This document shows positions 1-10,802 of a stretch of DNA of 64,000 nucleotides, piece by piece (the first letter of the stretch is position 1; each line of letters opens with the position of its first letter). Source of the DNA: Phormidesmis sp. (GTDB lineage Bacteria > Cyanobacteriota > Cyanobacteriia > Leptolyngbyales > Leptolyngbyaceae); NCBI GenBank assembly GCA_965248535.1, contig CBDFJR010000005.1, positions 704,001-768,000 of the forward strand, in the 5' to 3' direction. Under the pieces are notes generated by a model that saw only the letters and a list, made by a program, of their open reading frames with translations, did not search any database and had not been told where the DNA came from. The position numbers were made by a program, and so were the translations under genes.

Positions 1-78
1 CCCCACAATGCCATTCTCTAAACATAAAGCAACCCAATGCCCTCCACTTTGGCGCAGAATAGCGGTGTAAAAATCCAT
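1..78 (-). CDS. hicB: HicB-family antitoxin-like protein, 5' part only (runs off the window edge)
   Basis: Not in the ORF track. ATG at 78 on the minus strand reads MDFYTAILRQSGGHWVALCLENGIVG, which resembles the HicB N-terminus; the frame is open to base 1. Confidence 0.6.
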   Translation of the reverse strand, partial: MDFYTAILRQSGGHWVALCLENGIVG

Positions 79-180
79 TTTGACTGCTCATTCAAACAAC
101 CTAACTTTCGCATTGTAGAACAGGTTTGACTGCCCTATCGATATTCTCAAGGCCCACGATCGCCCCTTTAGAATTGAAAG

Positions 181-2437
181 ATGAAGCGATCGTCACAGCC
201 CATAATTAAAGATCTCGTCTTAATCGGTGGTGGACACAGCCACGCGATCGCTCTGCGAATGCTTGGGATGCACCCACTGCCCGGAGTGCGGTTAACCCTG
301 ATCACCGAAGCCTCTGACACGCCTTATTCAGGGATGTTGCCGGGGCACGTTGCTGGGTTTTATGATCACGAAGACTGTCATATTAATCTGCGATCGCTCT
401 GTCAATTTGCTCAGGCTCAGATTGTGATCGACTCCGCGATCGGATTAGACCTAGAAAACAATCGAGTCTTGTGTGCCAATCGTCCGCCTGTCGCATTTGA
501 TTGGGTGTCGATCGACATTGGCAGCACTCCAACTTTGCCGCAAGCGATCGGGGTCGCCGAGCACAGCATTGCAGCCAAACCCGTTCAGCAGTGGTTGACA
601 TGGTGGAATCGATTCACCGACTCTCTCGAGCAAAACCCTGAGCAACCCCTAACTCTTAGCATTGTCGGCGGCGGAACTGGGGGCGTTGAGCTAGCTCTCA
701 ATATGCAGCATCGCATACACGACATTTTGCAAAAAGCTGGACAACCGCCCGATCACCTGACTCTGCACCTCTTTCACCCAGGAGCAGAGCTAATGCCCAA
801 ACACAATTCTTGGGTGCGGCGCTATTTCAGGGATCTCCTCACGCAACGAGGCATTCATCTGCACTTGTCTGAACGGGTGTTTCAGGTTGAGTCGGGGCTG
901 GTGATCACTGAGTCGGGCTTAAAAATTCTGTGTGATGCAGTGGTTTGGGTCACCCAAGCGTCGGCTCCTGACTGGGTGGGCAAAGCCGGGTTAGCGGTCG
1001 ATCAAGTCAGGCTTTATTCTCGTCAACGATGCCTTGCAGTCTGTGTCTCACCCTCACGTTTTTGCGGCGGGAGACATTGCTACGATGGTCAACTACGATC
1101 GCCCCAAAGCCGGAGTTTTTGCAGTTCGGCAAGGGAAGCCGTTGTTCAAAAATCTGCAAGCCGTCATTCTCGATCAACCGCTCCAATCCTACCGTCCTCA
1201 AAAAAACTATCTCAGCTTGATCGGCACGGGAGATCGATCTGCTGTCGCCTCTTATGGGTCAGTTGGCTGGCGATCGTCGCTATTATGGACGCTCAAAGAT
1301 CGCATCGATCGGGCTTTTATGCGCCAATTTGATGATCTTCCTATAATGGCGGACGATGAACCTGCTAGTGGAGATCTCAATCAGCCCTTGATGCGCTGTT
1401 TGGGCTGCGGTGCCAAAGTTGGGGGCAACACCTTAGAGCGATCGCTGCAACGCATCCATCTAGACCAAGCGACTAGCCTTCAACCTTCAGAGATTCTCAT
1501 CGGACTAGATGCGCCCGATGATGCTGCTGTGGTGCAAGTCCCGATCGGGCAAGTCTTAGTGCAAACGATCGATTACTTTCCCGCTTTGCTAAATGATCCG
1601 TTTTTGTTTGGTCAGATTAGCACTCATCACAGCTTGAGCGACTTGTTTGCAATGGGGGCAACCGCGCACAGTGCGCTGGCGATCGCGACAATTCCCTACG
1701 CTAGCGAAGCCAAGCAAGAAGAAACCCTCTATCAGCTACTCTCTGGGGCGGTCAAAGCCCTTCAGCAATCGGGTGCAGTTTTAGTCGGCGGCCACACGGT
1801 CGAGGGTGAAGCCTTAGCGTTTGGCTTATCGTGTAATGGCTTTGCCGATCCCACTCGGCTGCTTTGCAAAGGCGGAATGCAGCCTGGACAAGTGCTGATT
1901 TTGACCAAAGCGATCGGCACCGGAACGCTGTTTGCAGCCGAAATGAGGCGACAAGCCAAAGCGCGCTGGATCGATGGCGCGATCGCATCCATGCTGATCT
2001 CTAATCAGCAAGCGGCTGCCTGTTTTCTGACTCATGGTGCCACGGCTTGCACCGACATCACAGGCTTTGGCTTAATGGGGCATTTGGTTGAAATGACGCG
2101 GGCATCGGCTCTGTCAGTTCAGCTAAATCTGTCTACACTGCCGATTTTAGAAGGCGCACGGCAGACCGTTCAACAGGGCATTTTTAGTTCTCTCTATCCT
2201 CAAAATCTACGATCGAGTCTGGCGATCGCTAACCTCGATCAAGCCAACCATCACGCTGACTATCCCTTATTGTTTGACCCTCAAACGTCTGGCGGTTTAT
2301 TGGCTAGCCTGGATGTCGATCGGGCAGATGCCTGTTTAGAGGCACTTCGAGCCGTGGGGTATTTAGAAGCCACGATCGTGGGTCATGTGTTGCCAAAAAG
2401 CGCTTCTGAGTTGCCATTTATTCTCTGTCAAAGTTGA
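181..2437 (+). pseudogene. selD: FAD-dependent pyridine-nucleotide oxidoreductase fused to selenide,water dikinase (SelD); frameshifted at ~1004-1006 (real lesion or sequencing error)
   Basis: ORF 181 has GGGHSH and VGGGTGG Rossmann motifs. ORF 1034 continues with FAAGDIA, then CLGCGAKVG, DDAAVV, TDITGFGL and DPQTSGGLL of SelD. Removing one base from GAT CAA G TCA GGC joins them as LAVDQSGFILVNDALQS. Confidence 0.85.
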
Positions 2438-2511
2438 GAATTATCTCTAACAGTCCACCAAACTAACTCTGAGGAGTCATCTCGAACTCCTGAGCCAAGA
2501 TCTCGTTTGCA

Positions 2512-2565
2512 GGGGGTTTGGGGGAGGCAACCGTCCCCCAATGGGGGTTTGGGGGCACGCCCCCA
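2512..2565. repeat. Tandem pair of G-rich hairpin repeats (GGGGGTTTGGGGG-N-CCCCCA), REP/short-dispersed-repeat-like
   Basis: GGGGGTTTGGGGGAGGCAACCGTCCCCCA (2512-2540) followed by GGGGGTTTGGGGGCACGCCCCCA (2543-2565), between the convergent selD and rsmH. Confidence 0.7.
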
Positions 2566-2636
2566 AGGGTCGGCAGCCCAAGACCATCGCCTCATCGCCA
2601 AAGCTCTGTACTAGTCAACGTTGAACTGGTGAACTA

Positions 2637-3548
2637 CTAGTCCAGCACCCGCTCTGCAAGTCTGAGTTTTGCCGATCGGGATCTAGGATTTTCTTTTAAC
2701 TCATCTTCTTGGGCAACGATCGGTTTTTTGGTCAGCACTTGCAGCAGCGATGACTCTTTTAATCGATGTTTGACAATCCGATCTTCTAAACTGTGAAAAC
2801 TAATAATCGCGATTCTGCCCTCTGGCTTCAGCCATTGCGGAGCCTGATTGACAAACGTCTCTAAAACCGTGAGTTCTTGATTGACCGCAATGCGAAGGGC
2901 CTGAAATACGCGAGTCGCCGGGTGAATTCGCCCATAGCGATATTGACGAGGGACTGAGTGGGCGATCGTGTCCGCCAGTTCGGTCGTAGTCAAAAAAGGT
3001 CGCCGCTCTACAATCCGTCTGGCAATTTTGCGTGAGAGCCGCTCTTCGCCATAGGTGTAGAAAATATTAGCGAGTTTAACTTCGCCCCAGTGATTGATAA
3101 TCTCGGCCGCCGTGAGCAATTGCCCGCGATCCATTCGCATATCGAGCGGCGCTTCGTGACGAAAACTAAAGCCCCGATCGGCGATATCAAACTGAGCAGA
3201 ACTCACCCCCAAATCTGCCAAAATGCCATCAAACCTGGTCTCACCTGGGCTGAAATTGGCAAAGTTGCCGTGCTGGAATTGAACACGATCGCCAAATTCC
3301 GCGAGTTTCTGGGTGGCCGCCGCGATCGCCTGATCATCCTGATCAAGAGCCGTCACCCTTACCCCGTCGGCCGCTGCCAAGATCAGGGCTGTGTGCCCGC
3401 CGCCGCCCACTGTCGCATCTAAATAATGACCGCCGGGACGAATAGCCAACCCTTCGATCACCTCCCGATGCAGCACCGGAATATGTAAAAACTCAGGCAC
3501 GATCGCCTGATCAGCATCATCTGCTACAGAAGTCATAGGTTCAGCCAC
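2637..3548 (-). CDS. rsmH: 16S rRNA m4C1402 methyltransferase RsmH (MraW)
   Basis: [68 protein letters not shown]; alternative ATG at 3536. Confidence 0.97.
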   Translation of the reverse strand: MAEPMTSVADDADQAIVPEFLHIPVLHREVIEGLAIRPGGHYLDATVGGGGHTALILAAADGVRVTALDQDDQAIAAATQKLAEFGDRVQFQHGNFANFSPGETRFDGILADLGVSSAQFDIADRGFSFRHEAPLDMRMDRGQLLTAAEIINHWGEVKLANIFYTYGEERLSRKIARRIVERRPFLTTTELADTIAHSVPRQYRYGRIHPATRVFQALRIAVNQELTVLETFVNQAPQWLKPEGRIAIISFHSLEDRIVKHRLKESSLLQVLTKKPIVAQEDELKENPRSRSAKLRLAERVLD

Positions 3549-3866
3549 TCAAACACATCGCCCACCGTTAACTCTAGAGCCTTCACCGTTGAGCTTGCCC
3601 GACTCTCTCATCTTAGAAGCATCGGTTTGGTCTAACATCGATTCGCCTCAATTGATTTTCTGCAAAAACTTTATCGTCAGCTAAGTCTGTTCCAGTCAAC
3701 GTTTGCAGCCAGCAATCCCTATAATTGAGAAGGCGCAACCTCAGCGAGCAACAATATACATTCAGCTAATTAAACGCTTTCGACTCAACCGCTGCCAGTC
3801 ACCTACGATCTATTTGAGACTGAAGTAGAGCTATTCTAAAATCTGTAAGGGAGAGGCTGAACATCT

Positions 3867-5051
3867 ATGGCAATGCTCGAAACCAAAACCGAACCCATGA
3901 TTCTCAACATGGGGCCCCATCATCCCTCAATGCACGGCGTGATGAGGCTGATTGTCACCCTCGACGGGGAAAACGTGATCGACTGCGAACCCGTGATCGG
4001 CTACCTGCATCGAGGCATGGAAAAAATTGCCGAAAGCCGCACTAACATTATGTTTGTGCCCTATGTGAGCCGCTGGGACTATGCCGCAGGCATGTTTAAC
4101 GAAGCGGTGACGGTCAACGCGCCAGAAAAACTAGCCGGGATCGCAGTTCCCAAGCGGGCTAGCCACATTCGCGTCATCATGCTAGAGCTAAACCGCATTG
4201 CCAATCATCTGCTTTGGCTTGGCCCTTTTATGGCAGACGTGGGCGCACAAACTCCCTTTTTCTATATCTTCCGTGAGCGCGAACTGATCTATGACCTGTG
4301 GGAAGCGGCTTCTGGCTATCGCATGGTCAATCACAACTACTTTCGCATTGGCGGCGTTGCGGCTGATTTGCCCTATGGTTGGGTTGATAAGTGCCTAGAC
4401 TTCTGTGATTATTTTCTGCCCAAGGTTGATGAATATGAGCGACTGATCACTGACAATCCGATCTTTCGCAAACGGGTCGAAGCGATCGGCACCATCACCC
4501 GCGATGAGGCGATCAACTGGGGCCTGTCAGGGCCAATGTTGCGGGCATCGGGCGTTAACTGGGATTTGCGGAAAGTTGACCACTATGAATGCTATGACGA
4601 CTTTGACTGGGACGTGCAGTGGGAGACCGCCGGAGACTGCTTTGCCCGCTATATCGTGCGAATTCGCGAGATGCGTGAGTCGGTCAAGATTATCAGACAA
4701 GCGATCGCGGCTCTCCCTGGCGGGCCCTACGAAAATCTAGAAGCAAAGCGCATCGCAGAGGGCCCCAAGTCTGAATGGAATGGCTTTGACTATCAGTTTA
4801 TTGGCAAGAAGATCGCGCCGACGTTTAAGATTCCCAAAGGTGAACACTATGTGAGGGTCGAAAGCGGCAAGGGCGAGTTAGGCATCTTTATTATGGGCGA
4901 TGACAACCCATTTCCCTGGCGCTGGAAGATTCGGGCGGCTGACTTTAACAACGTGCAGATTTTGCCCCACTTGCTCAAAGGCATGAAGGTTGCTGATATC
5001 GTCACCATTTTAGGGAGCATCGACATCATTATGGGATCGGTCGATCGCTAA
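3867..5051 (+). CDS. ndhH: NAD(P)H-quinone oxidoreductase (NDH-1) subunit H
   Basis: [26 protein letters not shown]-terminal [12 protein letters not shown]; 394 aa. Confidence 0.98.
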   Translation: MAMLETKTEPMILNMGPHHPSMHGVMRLIVTLDGENVIDCEPVIGYLHRGMEKIAESRTNIMFVPYVSRWDYAAGMFNEAVTVNAPEKLAGIAVPKRASHIRVIMLELNRIANHLLWLGPFMADVGAQTPFFYIFRERELIYDLWEAASGYRMVNHNYFRIGGVAADLPYGWVDKCLDFCDYFLPKVDEYERLITDNPIFRKRVEAIGTITRDEAINWGLSGPMLRASGVNWDLRKVDHYECYDDFDWDVQWETAGDCFARYIVRIREMRESVKIIRQAIAALPGGPYENLEAKRIAEGPKSEWNGFDYQFIGKKIAPTFKIPKGEHYVRVESGKGELGIFIMGDDNPFPWRWKIRAADFNNVQILPHLLKGMKVADIVTILGSIDIIMGSVDR

Positions 5052-5075
5052 TCTCAACATCCATTTTTTAACGTG

Positions 5076-5106
5076 AGGGATGTGCTTTGGTGCATCCCTA
5101 TTTTTT
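5076..5106 (+). terminator. Intrinsic terminator after ndhH
   Basis: AGGGATGTGC-TTTG-GTGCATCCCT stem (with G-U pairs) followed by ATTTTTT. Confidence 0.8.
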
Positions 5107-5278
5107 GTCTCAGCCTGTTGATTAACTAGACAAACCAAGATACTCTACTGGCGAAACAATAGAGAGATTCGTGCTATCGAATCATGAGGCTAAAGTTCCA
5201 GAGAAATTTTCATTTTCCACGGTGCGTCTTATTTTGCTATCTGCGATCGCCACCTGCATGTCGTTGCTGTTTAACCGA

Positions 5279-6208
5279 TTAAGACGCATGGCGATCGAAG
5301 AATTCCCAAATTTCTGCACTGCCGTTGAGTAGTTGATTGCTGCCGCTGCCGCCTCGCGGAAATAGATGCCCGACTCCTTTTAGCGTCACCAGTTCGACTT
5401 CTGACTGGGCTTGACAGGTGGGGTAGCGATCGCGGTCTACGCGCTCATTCACCGCTTGTTTGATGACCTTAGCACTACATTGATTATGCTGTCGCCAAAA
5501 CTCGATCGAGTCTGGCACTGAGAGAATCCAACCGTAGGGCACTTTAGGCGGTCGGCCGCCTTCCCAGGGCACTTTACGATCGGCAGTGCCATTCATCATC
5601 AGCATTGAGACGGGCTTAGATGATTTGCACTCGGCTTGCAGTTGTCCGGGGAGGGTGGCAACTACAGAGGCAAAGGCGGCAATGGGAGTAGAAGGGTCGC
5701 AGGCGAGACGCTGCACTAAAAAGCCACCGTTTGAAACTCCCATGGCGTAAATTCGACGTGAGTTGATGGCTCTAATTTGAGTCAGGTGCTCGATTAGTGT
5801 ATAGACAAAGCCCACATCATCGACTTGACTCCAGAAACCTTGGGCGAGGTTCCAGCGGCGATCGAGTCCGTCGGGGTAGACGACTAAAAATCCTTGCTGA
5901 TCGGCGAGGTCATTCAGCCCGCTGCTAGCCGCCAGATCTTTGCCCTGAGACCCATAGCCGTGAAAAGCCAGCACGATCGGGAGGGGACGATCCGATCGAT
6001 AAGACTTGGGCGTGTGTAAGACATAGGTTCGGGATTGCCCCTGATGGATTAGAGTGCCTGTCTGGTCACCGGGGCGGGCAACGGGTTTAGAGCTAGGACT
6101 AGAAGATGATGGAACCTCGGCCGTGGCTTGATGGCGACATCCTGCCGAGAGGACTATCAACATCAACGCTAGAAGTCCTTGAGCGAAAATTGTTTGCGAT
6201 CGCGTCAC
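5279..6208 (-). CDS. Lipoprotein esterase, PHB-depolymerase/LpqP family
   Basis: Lipobox LSAGC; FHGYG oxyanion motif, GVSNGG nucleophile elbow, GTAD and GVGH triad candidates. Confidence 0.8.
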   Translation of the reverse strand: MTRSQTIFAQGLLALMLIVLSAGCRHQATAEVPSSSSPSSKPVARPGDQTGTLIHQGQSRTYVLHTPKSYRSDRPLPIVLAFHGYGSQGKDLAASSGLNDLADQQGFLVVYPDGLDRRWNLAQGFWSQVDDVGFVYTLIEHLTQIRAINSRRIYAMGVSNGGFLVQRLACDPSTPIAAFASVVATLPGQLQAECKSSKPVSMLMMNGTADRKVPWEGGRPPKVPYGWILSVPDSIEFWRQHNQCSAKVIKQAVNERVDRDRYPTCQAQSEVELVTLKGVGHLFPRGGSGSNQLLNGSAEIWEFFDRHAS

Positions 6209-6212
6209 ACTA

Positions 6213-7104
6213 TTACCCTTGGTTTAATCCTGCTTCTTCAGACATACTGAGCGCTAACCCTGTCCAATCGAGGTCACCTTTGCCCTTCTCAACGGCTAAC
6301 TGGAGGCGATCGTGCAACAAACTCGCCAGTGGCATAGGCATCTGGCTTTCTTTTGCGGTTTGCAGCGCTAGGGTGACATCCTTCAACCCCAGTGAGAGCT
6401 TGAATCCTGCGGGTTCATATTGCTGCTGGGCAATCATTCGCCCATAGTTTTGGTAGATCGGACAGGCAAATAACGTTTGACCGAATAGTTGGGCAATTTG
6501 TTCTCGATCGACCCCGTTCTTTTCGGCTAGGGTGAAGGCCTCTGCCATTGCCTCGATCGCACTGATAATCAAAAAGTTTCCGGCTAGTTTGACGACGTTT
6601 GCCGACTCCGCCACGTCTCCAAAATCGAAGATGTCTTGCCCCAAGTGCTCTAAAACGGGCTTGACGCGCTCCTTTGCAGCCGCTTTGCCAGAAAGAACAA
6701 TTCGCAGTTTGCGGGATGCGGCGGCATCGGGGCGACCAAACACCGGGGCAGCAAGATAATGAGAACCGTGGCGATCGTGCTGTTCAGCTAGTTTTTTAGA
6801 GGTTGCCGGAGAGACCGTGCTCATAGAAAGATGCACCCCGTCTGAGCCTATGGAGGTGAGCAGGCCGGTTTCACCGATCGTCACCGCTTCTAGCGCCTGA
6901 TCATTGGCCAGCATGGTGATCACTAATCCTCCCGGTTCTACCACCTCTGCGGGAGTGTTGACCAGCTTTGCTCCTTTCTCAACGAGAGACTGCGCTTTTT
7001 CGGGCGATCGGTTGTAGACCCGCAGCGAGTGCCCTGCCTCTAAAATTCGTTGCCATTGGCACGCCCATGCTTCCTAACCCGATAAAGCCAATGTGCTGAT
7101 CCAT
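6213..7104 (-). pseudogene. NAD(P)-dependent oxidoreductase, 3-hydroxyisobutyrate/6-phosphogluconate dehydrogenase family; frameshift at ~7042-7045
   Basis: MDQHIGFIGLGSMGVPMATN starts at 7104 in one frame; LEAGHSLRVYNRSPEKA...APVFGRP...VKLAGN continues in the frame of ORF 6213-6944. The break lies in the T-run AATTTTAGAG. Confidence 0.85.
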
Positions 7105-7279
7105 AATTTGTCGCTGGGTGAAAGGGTTTAGGTAAATGCACTGTCTAGCGTTAGTCTGCTCCCAGTTTGCCGTGTAGCTCAATCAGAGAACTGTATCTCA
7201 AGGTAGGTTTTGAGGATCAGGCCAGAACTCAAAGCGGCTGAGAAAGATAAACTAAAAGAAAAACAAAGGACACACGCGA

Positions 7280-8335
7280 ATGGCAGCTAGAGAAAAGATT
7301 TTGCAGACCTTTGACCCCAGTGAAATCGGGGTCGATAACGGAAATTTGTTGGGGTTGCCCTTTGATTATGAGTCGGCCAACATTATTGTGATTGGTGTGC
7401 CGTGGGAGGTGACGGTCTCTTATCGGGCTGGCACGGCTGCCGCGCCGCGTCGGGTGTTAGATGCCTCGCGCCAGTTAGATATCTATGATTTTGACTACCC
7501 TGATGGGTGGAAGCAAGGGATTTTTATGGTCGAGATCGACGATCGGGTTCACCAAAAAAGCCAGACGTTGAGACAAGACGCAATGCGAATCATTCAGCAA
7601 ATGGAACAGGGAAAACAAGTTGAAGATGATCCTGATTTAACGCAAGTCTTACACAAAATTAATCAAGAGTGTCAATCGGTCAATGAATGGTTATTTGATC
7701 AAGCGCAAGCCGCGATGGATCAGGGTAAACAAATAGCGGTGATTGGGGGCGATCACAGTGTGCCATTGGGAGCGATGCAAGCGATCGCTACCCGATATCC
7801 CGACTTTGGAATTTTGCACATTGATGCTCACGCGGATCTACGCGATGCCTATGAAGGGTTTGAGTTTTCTCACGCCTCGATTATGTTTAATGCCCTGAAA
7901 CTACCGCAGCTTTCTAAACTCGTGCAGGTGGGCATTCGTGATGTTTGTCACGATGAGATCACGCTGGTCAAAAACTCAAACGGGCGAGTGTCTTCTTACT
8001 ACGATCCTATGCTTAAAGAAAAACTCTATGCAGGCATTTCGTGGCTAGAGATCTGCAAACAGATCGTGGCCGAATTGCCGCAACACGTTTACATCAGTTT
8101 TGACATTGATGGACTCGATCCTAAACTGTGTCCCAACACGGGTACACCTGTTCCGGGCGGTCTGGAGTTAGAGCAAACGATCGCACTATTTCGGGCTGTA
8201 GTTGAGAGCGGACGGCAAATTATTGGCTTTGATGTAGTCGAAGTAGGCGACGGTGAATGGGACGGTAATGTGGGAGCGAGAGCGGTTTACAAACTCTGCA
8301 ATCTGATGGGATTGTCAGGTCTGAATCAAGCGTGA
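7280..8335 (+). CDS. speB: Agmatinase/ureohydrolase family protein
   Basis: GGDHS, DAHADLR, SFDIDGLDP and TGTPVPGG Mn-binding motifs. Confidence 0.85.
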   Translation: MAAREKILQTFDPSEIGVDNGNLLGLPFDYESANIIVIGVPWEVTVSYRAGTAAAPRRVLDASRQLDIYDFDYPDGWKQGIFMVEIDDRVHQKSQTLRQDAMRIIQQMEQGKQVEDDPDLTQVLHKINQECQSVNEWLFDQAQAAMDQGKQIAVIGGDHSVPLGAMQAIATRYPDFGILHIDAHADLRDAYEGFEFSHASIMFNALKLPQLSKLVQVGIRDVCHDEITLVKNSNGRVSSYYDPMLKEKLYAGISWLEICKQIVAELPQHVYISFDIDGLDPKLCPNTGTPVPGGLELEQTIALFRAVVESGRQIIGFDVVEVGDGEWDGNVGARAVYKLCNLMGLSGLNQA

Positions 8336-10614
8336 ACTAGAGCAGGGACTCGCTTAAAGGCTGGAGTGCCCGATCGGGTTTCAAGCTTTGCTTTGAAGAT
8401 CACATTCACTTCAGGATAAAACATCACGGCGGCTCCGGGGCGCACGGCTCCGTAGATCACTTCGACTCTCTCAAGTTTTCCGGCATCGCCTTGCACGGTG
8501 ACTCGCTGATGTTCACTTAAGCCTGCTGATTCTGCATCTGAACGATTCATCAAAATGCAATTTCGGTGAGGCATTCCTCGATATTTATCTCCAATTTGAT
8601 AGACCACTGTGTTGTGTTGGGCATAGCTGCGGCCGGTCATAATAGCGACAACAATTCCCTTTGGGTTAGATGGATTAAACGATTGGGGTTCGGGTAATTT
8701 TAGCGTTGGTAAAGGTGTTGTAGACATGGAGGCTTTTCCCGATGGCGTTGAGAATTTTGGCTGACTGAGAATGCGTCCACTAATCGTAAATTCTTCGCGA
8801 GTCTCGTCGATCGTGGCCATCTTCTCGTATCCAGGAACGGTCTCAGCAATAAGCTGGCGAACAAATTTGGGATCACGCAGTTTTCGCCAGTTAACTGGAT
8901 AATCGCCGTGAATGCGGTGGGCTAGCTCGGTCAAAAACTCGACTTCGGCAATCAGATCTGCGTCTTTGAGATGCGTCTCGCCCTCGTCGCTCAATCTAAC
9001 AAAATTATTTCCCGATTCGGTCGTCGTTTTGTAGGGATTCTCAAACCGATTGAGCACCGGAAGCACGATCGTGGTGTGTTTGGCGAGTCCGTGAAAGTGG
9101 CCAATGTTGGGCTTGGTGGCCAGATAGATAATCGTGTCGATTTTACCTAGCGATCGCTTGGCCTGAGTCGAGTCAGGATTGGCTCCATACAAGTTTCCGC
9201 CCAGACAGATCAGCGTCTCTACTTTGTCTTGATCAGCCGCTTCAATTAAATCGCGGGTGTCGTAGCCCTTGACTTTACTAAGTGGATGTCCCAAAAGTTT
9301 CTCTAATGCGTCTTGCAGTCCTTTTTTGAGTTCTTGAGTTGTCACGCCCATTGAGCCAAAGCCTTGGACGTTAGAGTGTCCTCTCACGGGCATTACGCCT
9401 GTACCTTCTCTGCCGATATTGCCAGTGATCAGCGCTGTGTTGCCAATGCTGAAGACGTTATCGACTCCATTTTCTTGTTGAGTGATTCCCATTGCCCACC
9501 CAAACACGACTCCTTTAGCGTTGCCGATCGTGGTTGCAGCCGCTTCGATTTCGGGTTGAGACACGCCACAGGTTGCGGTGATAGTTTCCCAACTGGTCGA
9601 TTGCGCCGCCTCGATTACGGCTTCCCAGCCTTCGGTGTGGGCTGTGAGAAATTCTATTTTGGCAAATCCACGATCGATTAATGATTTTTGAATTCCTACA
9701 AACAACGCTACATCACTACCCGGAATCGGCTGCAAATACAGCGAAGAGATCTCTGAGCCAGGAATGAGAGACTTGATCGGAAACGCTGGAGAACCAAACT
9801 TGACCAATCCAATCTCCATCGCTGGATTGATCACAATCACTTTGCCACCGCGATCGCGCAATTTAATCAACTCATTCATCAATCGTGGATGGTTATAAGC
9901 AGAATTTGCACCCGCTAAAACCACACAATCTGCGTGTTTGAGACTCTCTAAGCTGACCACAGAGGTATTGGTTCCAAACATCTGCTTGAGTCCAAACGTT
10001 GATGGGGCATGGCACAGATCAGAACAGTCAGCCAAATTGTTAGACCCCAGCGATCGCATCATCAGTTGCAGCAAAAAAGCTGCCTCATTTGACGATCGAC
10101 CCGAACTGTAAGAGGCCACCCGATCGGGCGCTTTGCGAAACGCTTGTTCGGCGATGTCAAAGACCTCTGACCAAGAGATGCGCTCATAGTGACGAGTGCC
10201 CGATCTCAAAATCATTGGAAAGCTCAAGCGGCCCAAGCGATCGGCTTCGAGAGAGGTGAGACACTGAAGCGATGGAATGCTGCGCTGCTGAAACACTTCG
10301 GCCGGAACGGCTGGCTTAATTTCGGCTGAGATCGCCTCGACGCTTTTCATGCAGCGCTGAAGCTTTTCGCCCACCTCGTTGGTAAACCCTCCTTTTTGCC
10401 CCCCCGTGCCCCAAGAGCAAGACAGACAGGCGCTTTTGTGCAGCAGAGTCTTCCAGAGTTTTGCGCCTTCGGGTGAGAGCGTGTGCTCTGCCCAATATTC
10501 AATCACAGACAGCCCGCCCCCGATATCAGGCGTTTCCTCATTTTTGTCATGAAAGGGAGGAACAGGCTGAAGACTCTTGCTATCCATGCGTTTGACCATG
10601 ATATTGTTCACCAA
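8326..10614 (-). CDS. FdhF/YdeP-family molybdopterin oxidoreductase
   Basis: SSGRSSNEAA, NNLADCSDLCHAPS, RGHSNVQG and C-terminal SGTPAFK; the start may be at 10599 or 10587. Confidence 0.88.
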   Translation of the reverse strand: MVNNIMVKRMDSKSLQPVPPFHDKNEETPDIGGGLSVIEYWAEHTLSPEGAKLWKTLLHKSACLSCSWGTGGQKGGFTNEVGEKLQRCMKSVEAISAEIKPAVPAEVFQQRSIPSLQCLTSLEADRLGRLSFPMILRSGTRHYERISWSEVFDIAEQAFRKAPDRVASYSSGRSSNEAAFLLQLMMRSLGSNNLADCSDLCHAPSTFGLKQMFGTNTSVVSLESLKHADCVVLAGANSAYNHPRLMNELIKLRDRGGKVIVINPAMEIGLVKFGSPAFPIKSLIPGSEISSLYLQPIPGSDVALFVGIQKSLIDRGFAKIEFLTAHTEGWEAVIEAAQSTSWETITATCGVSQPEIEAAATTIGNAKGVVFGWAMGITQQENGVDNVFSIGNTALITGNIGREGTGVMPVRGHSNVQGFGSMGVTTQELKKGLQDALEKLLGHPLSKVKGYDTRDLIEAADQDKVETLICLGGNLYGANPDSTQAKRSLGKIDTIIYLATKPNIGHFHGLAKHTTIVLPVLNRFENPYKTTTESGNNFVRLSDEGETHLKDADLIAEVEFLTELAHRIHGDYPVNWRKLRDPKFVRQLIAETVPGYEKMATIDETREEFTISGRILSQPKFSTPSGKASMSTTPLPTLKLPEPQSFNPSNPKGIVVAIMTGRSYAQHNTVVYQIGDKYRGMPHRNCILMNRSDAESAGLSEHQRVTVQGDAGKLERVEVIYGAVRPGAAVMFYPEVNVIFKAKLETRSGTPAFKRVPALVHA

Positions 10615-10802
10615 AATTACTCTAAATTGGGGAGCTTTGGGAATGCGTCGATCGAAAGATGTTCTTTCCTCTTGAAACCGTTCACTTAGCGCAGTTCACA
10701 AACTTGTCAAGGAAATCAAATTAAAGAGACTCAGAGCGATGTAGGATAGTGAGTCATTCTCAAAGCTAGTCTCAACGCCTTGACATCTCTTAAAAAGCCT
10801 TC

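Noticed and set aside
8326..10614. Selenocysteine formate dehydrogenase linked to the nearby selD
   Set aside because: The ORF has no in-frame TGA and the ligand region is Cys (DCSDLCH); it is YdeP-like, so no Sec link is supported.
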